Origin: Akkermansia sp.
Lineage (GTDB): Bacteria > Verrucomicrobiota > Verrucomicrobiia > Verrucomicrobiales > Akkermansiaceae
Reading direction: 5' to 3'
Assembly: GCA_045616565.1 (NCBI GenBank)
Contig: JAZLHB010000144.1
Span: 18,216-82,215, forward strand
DNA length: 64,000 nt
In this document: positions 26,419 through 35,512 of the stretch, piece by piece
Layout: each line of letters opens with the position of its first letter
How positions within the stretch are numbered: position 1 is the stretch's first letter
Program-made: the position numbers and the translations under genes
Notes under the pieces: model-generated
Told to the model about the DNA's origin: nothing
Database searches by the model: none
What the model saw: only the letters and a program-made list of their open reading frames with translations

Positions 26419-28989
26419 ATGAAAAGGACATACTTGGCGAAATGGGCGTGGGTGTGCGTGGCCGCATGCCTGGGCGGGGCTTTGGCTGCCGAGCAGCAGC
26501 AGGGCGGCTCCTCCAAGAACCGCCAGAAGCTCAGCAAGGAGGAGGACAAGGTGGACAGCAGCTTCCAAAGCAACCGCACCGCCGCCGAGCGCGGCCAGTA
26601 TGTGGAGGCCCCGGATACCGGCAGCGAGGACACCTCCAGCGACACTTACAAGATTTTCCGGGCCGTCGTGAACCATGATGCCGATGCCCTGGCGGACCTG
26701 TTCGAGGATGCGGAGAACGAGACCGCTTCCACCACGCGCGAAGATGCCGGGCAGGCGGAGGAGGCGGGCGCCAAGAAACGCAGCATCAACCCGGACACCT
26801 GTTTCGGCAACCTGACCAAGGAGGCGCAGGACTCGCTCAACCTGGACCAGCGGGAATTCCTGGTGCGCGCGCATTTCGGCAAGCTGGGCAGCCTCACGCC
26901 GCTGGCGCTCGCCGCCTACTACGGTGACGAGAAGATGGTGGACACCCTGCTGGACAAGGGCAAGGCCGCTGCCGGCAAGACCGTGCTGGAAAGGCAGACC
27001 CCGCTCATGCTCGCCGCCTTCGGCCACAACAAAAAGGTGGTGGACCGCCTGCTCAAGGCCGACGACGGGGATGCGGAGGACCGCGTGACGGAGCAGGACG
27101 CCTACGGCATGACCGTGATGCACTATGCCATCATTGCCCGTGACCGCGATATCCTCAACCTCCTGGTGGGCAGCCTGCCGCCCCATTTGGGCGGCGACAA
27201 GGGCGATGCCCCCGTGAACACCGCCAACATGATGGGCTACACCCCGCTGCACTATGCCGCCCAGCTTGGCGACGAGGTCATGTTCAACCAGCTGCTGGAC
27301 AAGGGGGCGGACTACACCATCGAGGCGAAGGACGGGGAGACCGCGCTCATGGCCATGTGCGCATGCGGGCACACCCGTTTGGTCAAGGATTTCCTGCTGC
27401 GCCTGCACCGCGACTACAAGCGCCTGGAGGTCATCAACGCCCAGGACAAGCGCGGCAACACCGCCGTGCTCCACGCCATCCGCAACAACCGGGAGGACGT
27501 GGCCAAGGCGCTCATCCTGGAGGGCGCGGACCTGCGGCTCAAGAACGAGGCGGACCAGACCGCGCTCATGTTTGCCGCCGCCGTGGGCAACACAGAGCTC
27601 ATTCTGGAGTGCGTGAAGGTGGGCATCAACGCCAACGAGGAGGATGACCGCGGCCGCACCGCCCTCATCCTCGCCACCATTGGCGGCCACACCAAGGCCA
27701 TCATCGAGCTCGCCCACGTGAATGCAGACGCCAACCACTACGATGAGAACGGCCTCACCGCCTACCTCTACGCCAAGAGCATGAACAACGCGGCGGTCAT
27801 GTCCACTCTTGCCGGTATAGGTGCGGACCCCGAGGCCGAGCGCGGAGAGATGCAGCCGGAACGCGGCTGGGGCGGCGCCAACCCCGCGCTCATGGACGCC
27901 ATTGACAAGCTCAAGGTGGGCCGCGTGCGCACCCTGCTGCGCTCCAAGAGGGATGCGCAGGCTGCCGATTTTGCGGGCAACACGCCGCTCATGGTGCTGT
28001 GCTCCCCGCTGGACCCGGAAAACCGCAAGGACGTGGAGGACAAGCCGCACAAGATGGCGCAGATCCTGGATATGCTGCTGCAGAAGGGAGCGGACCCCAA
28101 CGCGGTGAACGCCAACGGACAGACCGCGCTCATGCGCGCCGCCGCAGACCTGGCCAAGAACGACCTCTCCAGCGGCATGGTGTATGAAATCATGAAAAAG
28201 GGTGCATACCTGAACGACCGCCACGGTTTCACCCATGCCAATGCCCTCTGCTACTGCGGGTACGAGTCCATGGATGCCAAAGACAAGCAGGAGGAGCGCT
28301 GGGGCTGGCGCCTCCTTGCCGCCGGCGCCCGCGTGCGCGATATCCAGACCACCGGCATTGACGCCCTCTACGCCTCCTGCGATTCCGATTCCCGCAAGAA
28401 GCAGAAGGACGAGGAGGCGCAGAAAAAGCAGAAAGAGGAGGAAAACTCCACCCCCGGCCAGCTCATGAAGGAGGGCCGGGAGCTGGTGGATTCCACCGTC
28501 AACGGCATTACCGACATGTTCCCCTCCGATCTCACCCAGTCTGAAGACGACAAGCAGGAGGACGGGGGAGGCAACGATGCGCCCGCACAGACCGAGCGGA
28601 CCGCGCAGAACGGCAAATCCGCCCAAGAGGCCGGGAAGAACGACAACAAGCAGACCGAGGACCTGCAGGATTACGTGTTCCCCGGCATGTGCCGCATGCT
28701 GGGTGCAGACCCCCGCCAGCACGTGGAGAAGGCGGGTTCCCCCAACTGCACGGATGCCCTGCGCAACCGCATTGCCGTGAATTCCATGCGCTGGTTTGTG
28801 CGCCTCCTTTCCTACCGCCCGCCCAATTCATCCCAAGAAAACATGACCGGGGGGCTCCCCAACAACGGCAACCGTGCCAACAGGGGCGGCAACAGGGGTA
28901 ACCGCGGCGCCAACCGCGCCAACCGCAGCAACGGCGGCGGCAACCGCGGTGCGGGCGGCGGTGCGGGCGGCGGGCGCGGAAGACGCTAG
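26419..28989 (+). CDS. secreted ankyrin-repeat protein with C-terminal RGG/NRG-rich tail
   Basis: Inner ATG 26419 gives the signal peptide MKRTYLAKWAWVCVAACLGGALAA. At least 10 ANK-like units (TPLMLAA..GH..VV..LL..GAD, GYTPLHYAAQLGD, NTAVLHAIRNNREDVAKALILEGAD, RTALILATIGGHTKAI). Tail NRANRGGNRGNRGANRANRSNGGGNRGAGGGAGGGRGRR. Confidence 0.85.
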   Translation: MKRTYLAKWAWVCVAACLGGALAAEQQQGGSSKNRQKLSKEEDKVDSSFQSNRTAAERGQYVEAPDTGSEDTSSDTYKIFRAVVNHDADALADLFEDAENETASTTREDAGQAEEAGAKKRSINPDTCFGNLTKEAQDSLNLDQREFLVRAHFGKLGSLTPLALAAYYGDEKMVDTLLDKGKAAAGKTVLERQTPLMLAAFGHNKKVVDRLLKADDGDAEDRVTEQDAYGMTVMHYAIIARDRDILNLLVGSLPPHLGGDKGDAPVNTANMMGYTPLHYAAQLGDEVMFNQLLDKGADYTIEAKDGETALMAMCACGHTRLVKDFLLRLHRDYKRLEVINAQDKRGNTAVLHAIRNNREDVAKALILEGADLRLKNEADQTALMFAAAVGNTELILECVKVGINANEEDDRGRTALILATIGGHTKAIIELAHVNADANHYDENGLTAYLYAKSMNNAAVMSTLAGIGADPEAERGEMQPERGWGGANPALMDAIDKLKVGRVRTLLRSKRDAQAADFAGNTPLMVLCSPLDPENRKDVEDKPHKMAQILDMLLQKGADPNAVNANGQTALMRAAADLAKNDLSSGMVYEIMKKGAYLNDRHGFTHANALCYCGYESMDAKDKQEERWGWRLLAAGARVRDIQTTGIDALYASCDSDSRKKQKDEEAQKKQKEEENSTPGQLMKEGRELVDSTVNGITDMFPSDLTQSEDDKQEDGGGNDAPAQTERTAQNGKSAQEAGKNDNKQTEDLQDYVFPGMCRMLGADPRQHVEKAGSPNCTDALRNRIAVNSMRWFVRLLSYRPPNSSQENMTGGLPNNGNRANRGGNRGNRGANRANRSNGGGNRGAGGGAGGGRGRR

Positions 28990-29005
28990 TGTCCACAAAT
29001 GCGGC

Positions 29006-29034
29006 TTGATTTCCCGCGTGCGCGCTGGTATAAT
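29006..29034 (+). promoter_or_regulatory. promoter TTGATT-N17-TATAAT (TG-extended), 12 nt before ATG 29047
   Basis: Read directly. Argues against the upstream ATG 28999 as the start. Confidence 0.6.
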
Positions 29035-29046
29035 GCGCGCGCAGGT

Positions 29047-31647
29047 ATGGAGCAGTTGGATGAATACCAGAAGAGCCGCCGGGCCGCCGCAGAACGCCGG
29101 CGTTCATCGAACACGGACAAGATGGCGCGCAAGAGTGCACGGCGGCGCAAGGGTTGCTGCCTGTGGCGCTTCCTGATTGTCTGCCTCATTCTCGGCATCA
29201 TCGGCGCGGGCGTGGGCTGGCTCGCCTTTGACGTGGTGACCGCCAAGTACAGCAAGTACGCGGACGAATTCAACCTGGAGGACATCAACAACCTCGACCA
29301 CCCCTGCATCATCTATGACCGAAACGGGGAGGAGATTGGCCGCATCTACGATGAGAACCGCAGCTATGTGACCATCGACAAGATTTCCAAGTCCATGATA
29401 GACGCCTTGATCGCCCAGGAGGACAAGACCTTCTGGGAACACCACGGGTACGACCTCATGGGCATTGCGCGTGCAGCCGTGGAGACCGCGCGCAACAGGG
29501 GTGAGGCCAACCAGGGCGCCTCCACCATCACCCAGCAGCTGGCGCGCAACGCGTACGACCTGGAGGCCCGCGTGGCCGCCATGGGCGGCAGCCGTTACGA
29601 GCGCAAGATTGTGGAAATCTTCCTGGCCCGCCGTATCGAGGACAAGTACGACAAGAAGCAGATTCTGGAGTTCTACATGAACCGCGTGTATTTCGGCCGC
29701 GGGTACTACGGCATCCGCTCCGCATCGCTTGGGTACTACGGCAAGGAGCCGGCCGACCTCACCGTGCGGGAGGCCGCCAGTATCGCCGCCCTCATCAAGA
29801 ATCCGGAAAACTACAACCCCATCCGCAACCCGGAGCTCAACCAGAAGTGGCGCAACGACGTGCTGGACCGCATGGTGCGCGCAGGCTACATCACGAACGA
29901 GGAGGCGGACCGCGTGAAGCCCCAGCCGCTCGGCCTCAATCCCAAGCCCCTGCGCCGCAATGTCTCCCACCTCCACGCTATCATCCAGCAGAAGGCTATC
30001 GACATCTTCCGCGACCCCGTGCGCGGCGAGGAAATCCTCAAATCGCGCGGTATCAAGATCTACACCACCATCGACCGCCGCATGCAGGAGGCCGCAGAGA
30101 AGGCCGTTGCGGACCAGCTCGCCGCCATTGAGAAGCATGAGGGGTACAATCACGTCACCTTCTCCCGGACGGAGGACCCCCGCTTCAAGCAGCACCGCTA
30201 CATTGACGCCGCCGTGTACGCCGTGGACAATGTGACCGGCGCCACCCTCGCCTATGTGGGCGGCCGCAGTTTCGACCGCGACAACTTCGATATCATTGAT
30301 GCCGGGCGCCGCCCGCTCGGCACGGCCATGCTGCCCTTCCTCTACCTCTGCGCGTTTGAGAACGGCTACACGCCGTGCTCCCGCCTGGTGGATGATGCCA
30401 TGGACAACCGCCTGGCGGGCATCGGCGGCTCGGAGGGCGTGCTGGGCGAGTGGGGTATGGAGGTGTCCAAGGGGCGCTACCTGGATTCCGTGACCACGCG
30501 CCAGGCGCTGGAGTGGTCCAAGATTGCCGCATCCGCCCGCCTGGGCATTGCGCTGGGGGCCGACCCGGAGCGCGGTGCCAAGTGCTTCGCGGATACGCTG
30601 GAGCACGTGGGTATCACGGCCCCTCCCCGCATTGCTGACAGCACGGAGGCCAAGCCCCAGTTCTACCCGCGCGCCTTCCTTGGCGCGGAACCCGCCTCGC
30701 TCAAGGAGGTCACACTCGCCTACACCGTTTTTCCGAATGCGGGCCGCCGCCCCATCGCCCCCTACATTGTCTCCAAGATTACGGACAGCAGCGGCAAGAT
30801 TCTCTGGGAGGACCCGCTGGCGGTTTCCCACCGCATGCACAGCGGGAGCACGCCCTGCAATGCGTACCGCCTGCACTCCATCATGCGTGAATCCATGGAG
30901 AAGGGATCCGCCCAGCGTGTGCGCCCCTACCTGCCGGAGAACTTCAACGGCGCCATCAAGACCGGAACCAACTACGATTTCTCCGACAACGCCCTCTTCG
31001 CCTACACCTCATCCTTCACCTGCGGTATCTGGGTGGGCTACCTGAACGACCACCAGGCCATCTACCCGGAAGCCTTCTCGTCGGACACCTGCGGCCCCAT
31101 CCTGGGGCGCGTGCTGGCCGCCTCTGCGGAGAGCGGCATGGCGGACGAGCCCATCCGCATGCCGGAGGATACCGAGGAGGTGGAAATCTGCCGCATGTCC
31201 GGCCAGCTGGCCACCAATTTCTGCTTTGAATCCGTGATGCAGGACGGCAAGGCCACCTATGTGCGCCCCACCTACCAGGAGTATTTCCCCAAGGGAGACA
31301 TGACCCTGGGCGTGTGCCCCGTGCATGGCGACGGCAGCCCCTCCCTCTCGGATTTCCTGGATATGAGCGTGGGGCAGGTGAACTCCACGCGCGTGCTGCC
31401 GGTGCTGCCCGTGCTGCCCAAGGGCGCCGTGCTCAGCGGCAAGGACCCCTACAACAGCGATGTGGAGCTCAAGCCCAGGTACGCCAGTGCATCCGACCTG
31501 CCGGACACCGATGCCGCCGCCGAGGAGGTGGAGGAAGTGGAGGATGCCGAAGGCGATGCCTCTGCCGCGCCCAAGGTGGACACCACCATTGAGCTTCCCG
31601 CGCCGCGCTCCCTGCGCAACCTTCCCCTTGTTCCCCTTGAAATCTAG
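29047..31647 (+). CDS. class A penicillin-binding protein (GT51 glycosyltransferase plus transpeptidase-like domain with degenerate SxxK/SxN)
   Basis: N-terminal TM. GT51 motifs EDKTFWEHHGYD, GASTITQQLARN, RKIVEIFLARRIE. In the TP region, GTAMLPFLY replaces GSxxKPFxY and SKI replaces SxN, while KTGT is retained. Confidence 0.8.
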   Translation: MEQLDEYQKSRRAAAERRRSSNTDKMARKSARRRKGCCLWRFLIVCLILGIIGAGVGWLAFDVVTAKYSKYADEFNLEDINNLDHPCIIYDRNGEEIGRIYDENRSYVTIDKISKSMIDALIAQEDKTFWEHHGYDLMGIARAAVETARNRGEANQGASTITQQLARNAYDLEARVAAMGGSRYERKIVEIFLARRIEDKYDKKQILEFYMNRVYFGRGYYGIRSASLGYYGKEPADLTVREAASIAALIKNPENYNPIRNPELNQKWRNDVLDRMVRAGYITNEEADRVKPQPLGLNPKPLRRNVSHLHAIIQQKAIDIFRDPVRGEEILKSRGIKIYTTIDRRMQEAAEKAVADQLAAIEKHEGYNHVTFSRTEDPRFKQHRYIDAAVYAVDNVTGATLAYVGGRSFDRDNFDIIDAGRRPLGTAMLPFLYLCAFENGYTPCSRLVDDAMDNRLAGIGGSEGVLGEWGMEVSKGRYLDSVTTRQALEWSKIAASARLGIALGADPERGAKCFADTLEHVGITAPPRIADSTEAKPQFYPRAFLGAEPASLKEVTLAYTVFPNAGRRPIAPYIVSKITDSSGKILWEDPLAVSHRMHSGSTPCNAYRLHSIMRESMEKGSAQRVRPYLPENFNGAIKTGTNYDFSDNALFAYTSSFTCGIWVGYLNDHQAIYPEAFSSDTCGPILGRVLAASAESGMADEPIRMPEDTEEVEICRMSGQLATNFCFESVMQDGKATYVRPTYQEYFPKGDMTLGVCPVHGDGSPSLSDFLDMSVGQVNSTRVLPVLPVLPKGAVLSGKDPYNSDVELKPRYASASDLPDTDAAAEEVEEVEDAEGDASAAPKVDTTIELPAPRSLRNLPLVPLEI

Positions 31648-31662
31648 TTCAGCCCATTCATC

Positions 31663-33078
31663 ATGACCTCCACCACCAAATACTCGCAGGCTGCCGCCAC
31701 CCAGAACAAGGCCTTCCGCATCAACATGGATGACAAGGTCTACGGCTCCTTCGCGGAAATCGGCGCCGGCCAGGAAACCGCAAACTGGTTCTTCCGCGCC
31801 TCCGGTGCCGCAGGTACCGTGGCCAAGACCATCTCCGCCTACGACATGACCGTGAGCGACACCCTCTACGGGCCCGTCAACCGCTACGTTTCCGAGGAGC
31901 GCCTGCACCAGATGCTCGACTACGAGTACAAGCAGCTGGAAAACCGCTTGGGTGAGAAACGCGGCAAGGACACCTGCTTCTTTGCCTACGCCAACACCTG
32001 CAAGTGCAAGGCGTACCGCGACAACGGCGACTGGTCCGCCTGGATTGGCGTGCGCTTCCAGCTGAAGCCGGGCGCAGAGCCGAGCGACTTTGTGATGCAT
32101 GTGCGCCTGCTGGTGCCGGACCACGATGTGCAGATGCGCGTGCTGGGCATCCTGGGCGTCAACCTGCTGCATTCCCTCTTCTACAGCCGCAAGCACATGG
32201 ACCGCTTTGTGGAAGGCATCAGCGACAACCTGGACCGCGCGTTCTATGAAATCGACTTCATGCGCTTCTCCGGGCACGGGTTCGGCATGTTCGACAACCG
32301 CATCCTTGCGCTGCAGCTGGTGCGCAGCGGCCTGGCGGAAGCCACCATCCTCTGCCCGGACGGCTCCGTGGCCCAGCCGGCGGATTTGCTCTACAAGCGC
32401 CCCATTGTGCTGATGCGCGGCAGCTTCATGCCCATCTGCAACATCCACATGGAGATGATGGAGAGCGTGCACAGGAAGTTCCTGGAGGCCCTGCCGCAGG
32501 AGCAGCACGGCCGCGTGGTGGACATTTGCGAAATCTCCCTCTCCAACCTGCTGCGCGGGGAGGACGTGGACCTGGTGGCTTTCCTGGACCGCGCGGATGC
32601 CCTGGCCGCGCTCGGCAAGACCGTGATGGTCACCAACATCACCCACTTCCACCGCCTTTCCACCATGCTCAAGCAGTACACCCGGGAACCCGTGGCCATT
32701 GCCCTTTCCATCGGCCTGCTCAACGAGCTTTTCAAGGACAAGTGGGCGGACACCCCCGGCGGCATCCTCGCCAGCATGGGCCACATCTTTGTGAACAACA
32801 CCAAGTTCTACGTCACGCCCTGGGTCAACCGCTCCACCGGCGAATTCGTGACCGCCGGCTCCTACCGTGCGCCGGAGAAGTACCACTACCTCTACCGCCA
32901 CCTGCAGGCGGACGGCGATATCATTGAGGTGCCGTACTTCAACCAGAAGCTGCTTTTCAAGACACCGCGCGATATCGTGCGCATGATTCAGGAGGGCAAC
33001 GCGGAGTGGCGGGAATACGTGCCGGAGGCCGCCCACCGCATGGCCGAGCACCTGAAGGAGACCTCTGCGGATGCGTGA
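31663..33078 (+). CDS. conserved-looking protein of unknown function (471 aa)
   Basis: Good coding composition, no motif recognised. Its stop overlaps the sufS start by 8 nt (ATGCGTGA). Confidence 0.6.
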   Translation: MTSTTKYSQAAATQNKAFRINMDDKVYGSFAEIGAGQETANWFFRASGAAGTVAKTISAYDMTVSDTLYGPVNRYVSEERLHQMLDYEYKQLENRLGEKRGKDTCFFAYANTCKCKAYRDNGDWSAWIGVRFQLKPGAEPSDFVMHVRLLVPDHDVQMRVLGILGVNLLHSLFYSRKHMDRFVEGISDNLDRAFYEIDFMRFSGHGFGMFDNRILALQLVRSGLAEATILCPDGSVAQPADLLYKRPIVLMRGSFMPICNIHMEMMESVHRKFLEALPQEQHGRVVDICEISLSNLLRGEDVDLVAFLDRADALAALGKTVMVTNITHFHRLSTMLKQYTREPVAIALSIGLLNELFKDKWADTPGGILASMGHIFVNNTKFYVTPWVNRSTGEFVTAGSYRAPEKYHYLYRHLQADGDIIEVPYFNQKLLFKTPRDIVRMIQEGNAEWREYVPEAAHRMAEHLKETSADA

Positions 33079-34288
33079 TTGCCGTACAGATTTCCCCATG
33101 TTCGCCGCCGGGGCGCAGAGCCCCGCGCCGGTGTATCTGGACAATGCCGCAACCACCCAGAAGCCGCAGGCGGTGCTGGATGCCCTGCACGCGTTCTACA
33201 CCGCGCAAAACGCCAATATCCACCGCGGTACGCACCGCCTGAGCCGCTTGGCCACCGACCTGCACGAGCAGGCGCGCGCGGATGTCGCCGCCTTCCTGGG
33301 CGCATCCTCCGCAGAGGAGGTGGTGTTCACCTCCGGTTGCACGGCGGGCATCAACCTGGTGGCCATGGTGCTCGGCTTTGCAGGTATGCTGGGGGAAGGG
33401 GATGAAATCATTGTCACCACGGATTCTCACCACTCCAACATAGTGCCGTGGCAGATGCTCTGCGGGCGCACGGGAGCCGTGCTGCGCGCGGTGCCGCTCA
33501 CCGCAGGGCTCACGTTCGACACCGCCGCCTACGCCGCGCTGCTTTCCCCGCGCACCCGCGTGGTGGCCGTGCCGTACATTTCCAACGCGCTCGGCGTGGT
33601 GAATCCCGTGCAGGAAATCATTGCCGCCGCCAAGCGCAACCGCGCGGATTGCATGGTGCTGGTGGATGGCGCGCAAGCCGCCGGCCATGTGGAGGTGGAT
33701 GTTTCTGCGCTCGGCTGTGATTTCTTTGCCTTCTCCGGCCACAAGGTGTACGCTCCCACGGGCACGGGCGTGCTGTGGGGGCGCCGCGCGCTGCTGGAGC
33801 AGCTTCCCCCCTGGCAGGGCGGCGGTGAGATGATTGACGAGGTCTCCTTCGCCAAGACCACCTACAACAAGCTTCCCTTCAAGTACGAGGCCGGCACGCC
33901 CAACATAGCCGGCAACATTGCCCTGGCCGCCGCCCTCCGCTATGTGGGGCAGACCGGCGTGGCGGATATCGCCGCCCATGAGCGCGCGCTCACCGAGCGC
34001 CTGTACGACGGGCTCTCCGCCTTGGACGGCGTGCGCGTGCTGGGCCCGCGCGCAGGGCGCGGTGCGCTGGTGTCCATTGTGGTGGACGGCGTGCACCACT
34101 ACGACCTGGGCATGCTGCTGGACCAGATGGAAGTGGCGGTGCGCACGGGACACCACTGCTGCCAGCCGCTCATGCAGGCTCTGGGCACCACCGGTACGGT
34201 GCGATACTCCGTGGCCATGTACAACAACGATGCGGACGTGGACGCCGCCCTGCGGGCCACGGAACGCGCCCTCCGCATGCTCCGATAA
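33071..34288 (+). CDS. sufS: cysteine desulfurase (SufS/CsdA, class V aminotransferase)
   Basis: YLDNAATTQKP, HHSNIVPWQ, FSGHKVYAPTGTGVLWG (PLP-Lys), RTGHHCCQPLM (catalytic Cys). Confidence 0.9.
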   Translation: MRDCRTDFPMFAAGAQSPAPVYLDNAATTQKPQAVLDALHAFYTAQNANIHRGTHRLSRLATDLHEQARADVAAFLGASSAEEVVFTSGCTAGINLVAMVLGFAGMLGEGDEIIVTTDSHHSNIVPWQMLCGRTGAVLRAVPLTAGLTFDTAAYAALLSPRTRVVAVPYISNALGVVNPVQEIIAAAKRNRADCMVLVDGAQAAGHVEVDVSALGCDFFAFSGHKVYAPTGTGVLWGRRALLEQLPPWQGGGEMIDEVSFAKTTYNKLPFKYEAGTPNIAGNIALAAALRYVGQTGVADIAAHERALTERLYDGLSALDGVRVLGPRAGRGALVSIVVDGVHHYDLGMLLDQMEVAVRTGHHCCQPLMQALGTTGTVRYSVAMYNNDADVDAALRATERALRMLR

Positions 34289-34309
34289 TTCAACCATACA
34301 AATACCACC

Positions 34310-34633
34310 ATGAATGCTGCAGAAAAAGCCCTGGGCACCTTCCGCCAACCACCACACAGCTACAACTGCGCGCAGACCGTCTGCGCCGCTTTCGGCAGGG
34401 AGGACCTGCTGGAGGAAATGGCCGCATGCGGCGGCGGCAAGGCCCCGGATGGCCTGTGCGGCGCGCTGTACGGCGCCACGCGCGTGCTGCCGGAAAAGGC
34501 GGAGCAGATAATAGAAGCCTTCCGCGCGGAGAACGGTGCGGTGTGCTGCCGCGACCTCAAGGGCGCGCAGCGCGTGCCTTGCCGGCAGTGCGTGCGCTGC
34601 GCCGCCACGCTGGTGGAATCCCTGCAATCCTGA
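34310..34633 (+). CDS. C_GCAxxG_C_C family redox-type small protein
   Basis: YNCAQTVCAAFG ... DGLCGALYGA ... CC...C..C pattern. Confidence 0.7.
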   Translation: MNAAEKALGTFRQPPHSYNCAQTVCAAFGREDLLEEMAACGGGKAPDGLCGALYGATRVLPEKAEQIIEAFRAENGAVCCRDLKGAQRVPCRQCVRCAATLVESLQS

Positions 34634-34636
34634 TTT

Positions 34637-35506
34637 TTGATTCCTCCCATGTTTGAAGAATTCGTCACCGCCTGGAACAGCATCCCGGATATGGGGGCGT
34701 TCATGTACGCCAGCGGCATGGTCATTTTCAATCTTATCCTGATTGAGGGCCTGCTGTCCGTGGACAACGCGCTGGGCATTGCCGCCATGGCCGCGCAGCT
34801 GCCCAAGCACCAGCAGAAGCCCGCCCTGCGCTGGGGGCTGGTGGGCGCGTACACGTTCCGCGGCATCGCGCTTGCGCTTGTGGCCTGGCTCATGCACAAC
34901 ATGTGGGTCAAGTGGTTCGGCGCCGTCTATCTCATCTACCTGGCCTGCGAGCACGTGCAGCTGCACCCCAAGGCGGAGGGCGCGGAATCCCACCACATGC
35001 GCCAGGGCAAATCTTTCCTCATGACCATCATGAGCATCGAGCTGATGGACCTCTCCCTCTCGCTGGACAACGTGGTGGCCGCCGTGGGCATGGTGAACAA
35101 CGTCTCGGAAATCCCGGAGGCCCTGCACATCTGGGTGGTGTGCATCGGCGTGTTCATCGGCATTGCCGCGCTGCGGTTGGTGGCGGGCTGGTGCATCGGC
35201 ATCATAGAGAAGCACCCCATCCTCAACTACACGGCTTTCCTGCTGGTGGGCTTTGTGGGTGCCGTGCTCTGCGGGGAGCTTGCGCTGGAGCAGTTCGGCA
35301 TCGAGTTCCACATGGGCATCATCTTCAAGTTCAGCATGATTTGCAGCATTGTGGCGGCCACCCTGTTATACGAGCGCCTGCCGTGGCTGCGCCGCCTGCT
35401 GCGCGTGCCCGTACACTGCTTCCGCGCGTGCTGCTCCGCCTTCGTTTTCGTGGTGGAGTCCATCATCATGCCCTGGAAGCGCTTCTCCAAGAAATCTCAC
35501 TCCTAA
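34637..35506 (+). CDS. TerC family integral membrane protein
   Basis: Duplicated LSVDNALGIA and LSLDNVVAAV motifs in a protein with about 7-9 TM helices. Confidence 0.8.
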   Translation: MIPPMFEEFVTAWNSIPDMGAFMYASGMVIFNLILIEGLLSVDNALGIAAMAAQLPKHQQKPALRWGLVGAYTFRGIALALVAWLMHNMWVKWFGAVYLIYLACEHVQLHPKAEGAESHHMRQGKSFLMTIMSIELMDLSLSLDNVVAAVGMVNNVSEIPEALHIWVVCIGVFIGIAALRLVAGWCIGIIEKHPILNYTAFLLVGFVGAVLCGELALEQFGIEFHMGIIFKFSMICSIVAATLLYERLPWLRRLLRVPVHCFRACCSAFVFVVESIIMPWKRFSKKSHS

Positions 35507-35512
35507 TTCGCT

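Noticed and set aside
28850-28985. GGCAACCG(C/G)G-type short tandem repeats.
   Set aside because: They encode the RGG/NRG tail of the ankyrin protein. They are imperfect and in frame, so this is not a non-coding microsatellite.
28999-29046. Upstream start codons proposed by the ORF track (28999 for the PBP, 43142 for paralog C, 40244 for paralog A, 22320, 24629, 26350, 45169, 47531, 49322, 51086, 53368).
   Set aside because: The inner ATGs yield proper signal peptides or conserved N-termini. Several upstream starts overlap promoters or the preceding gene.
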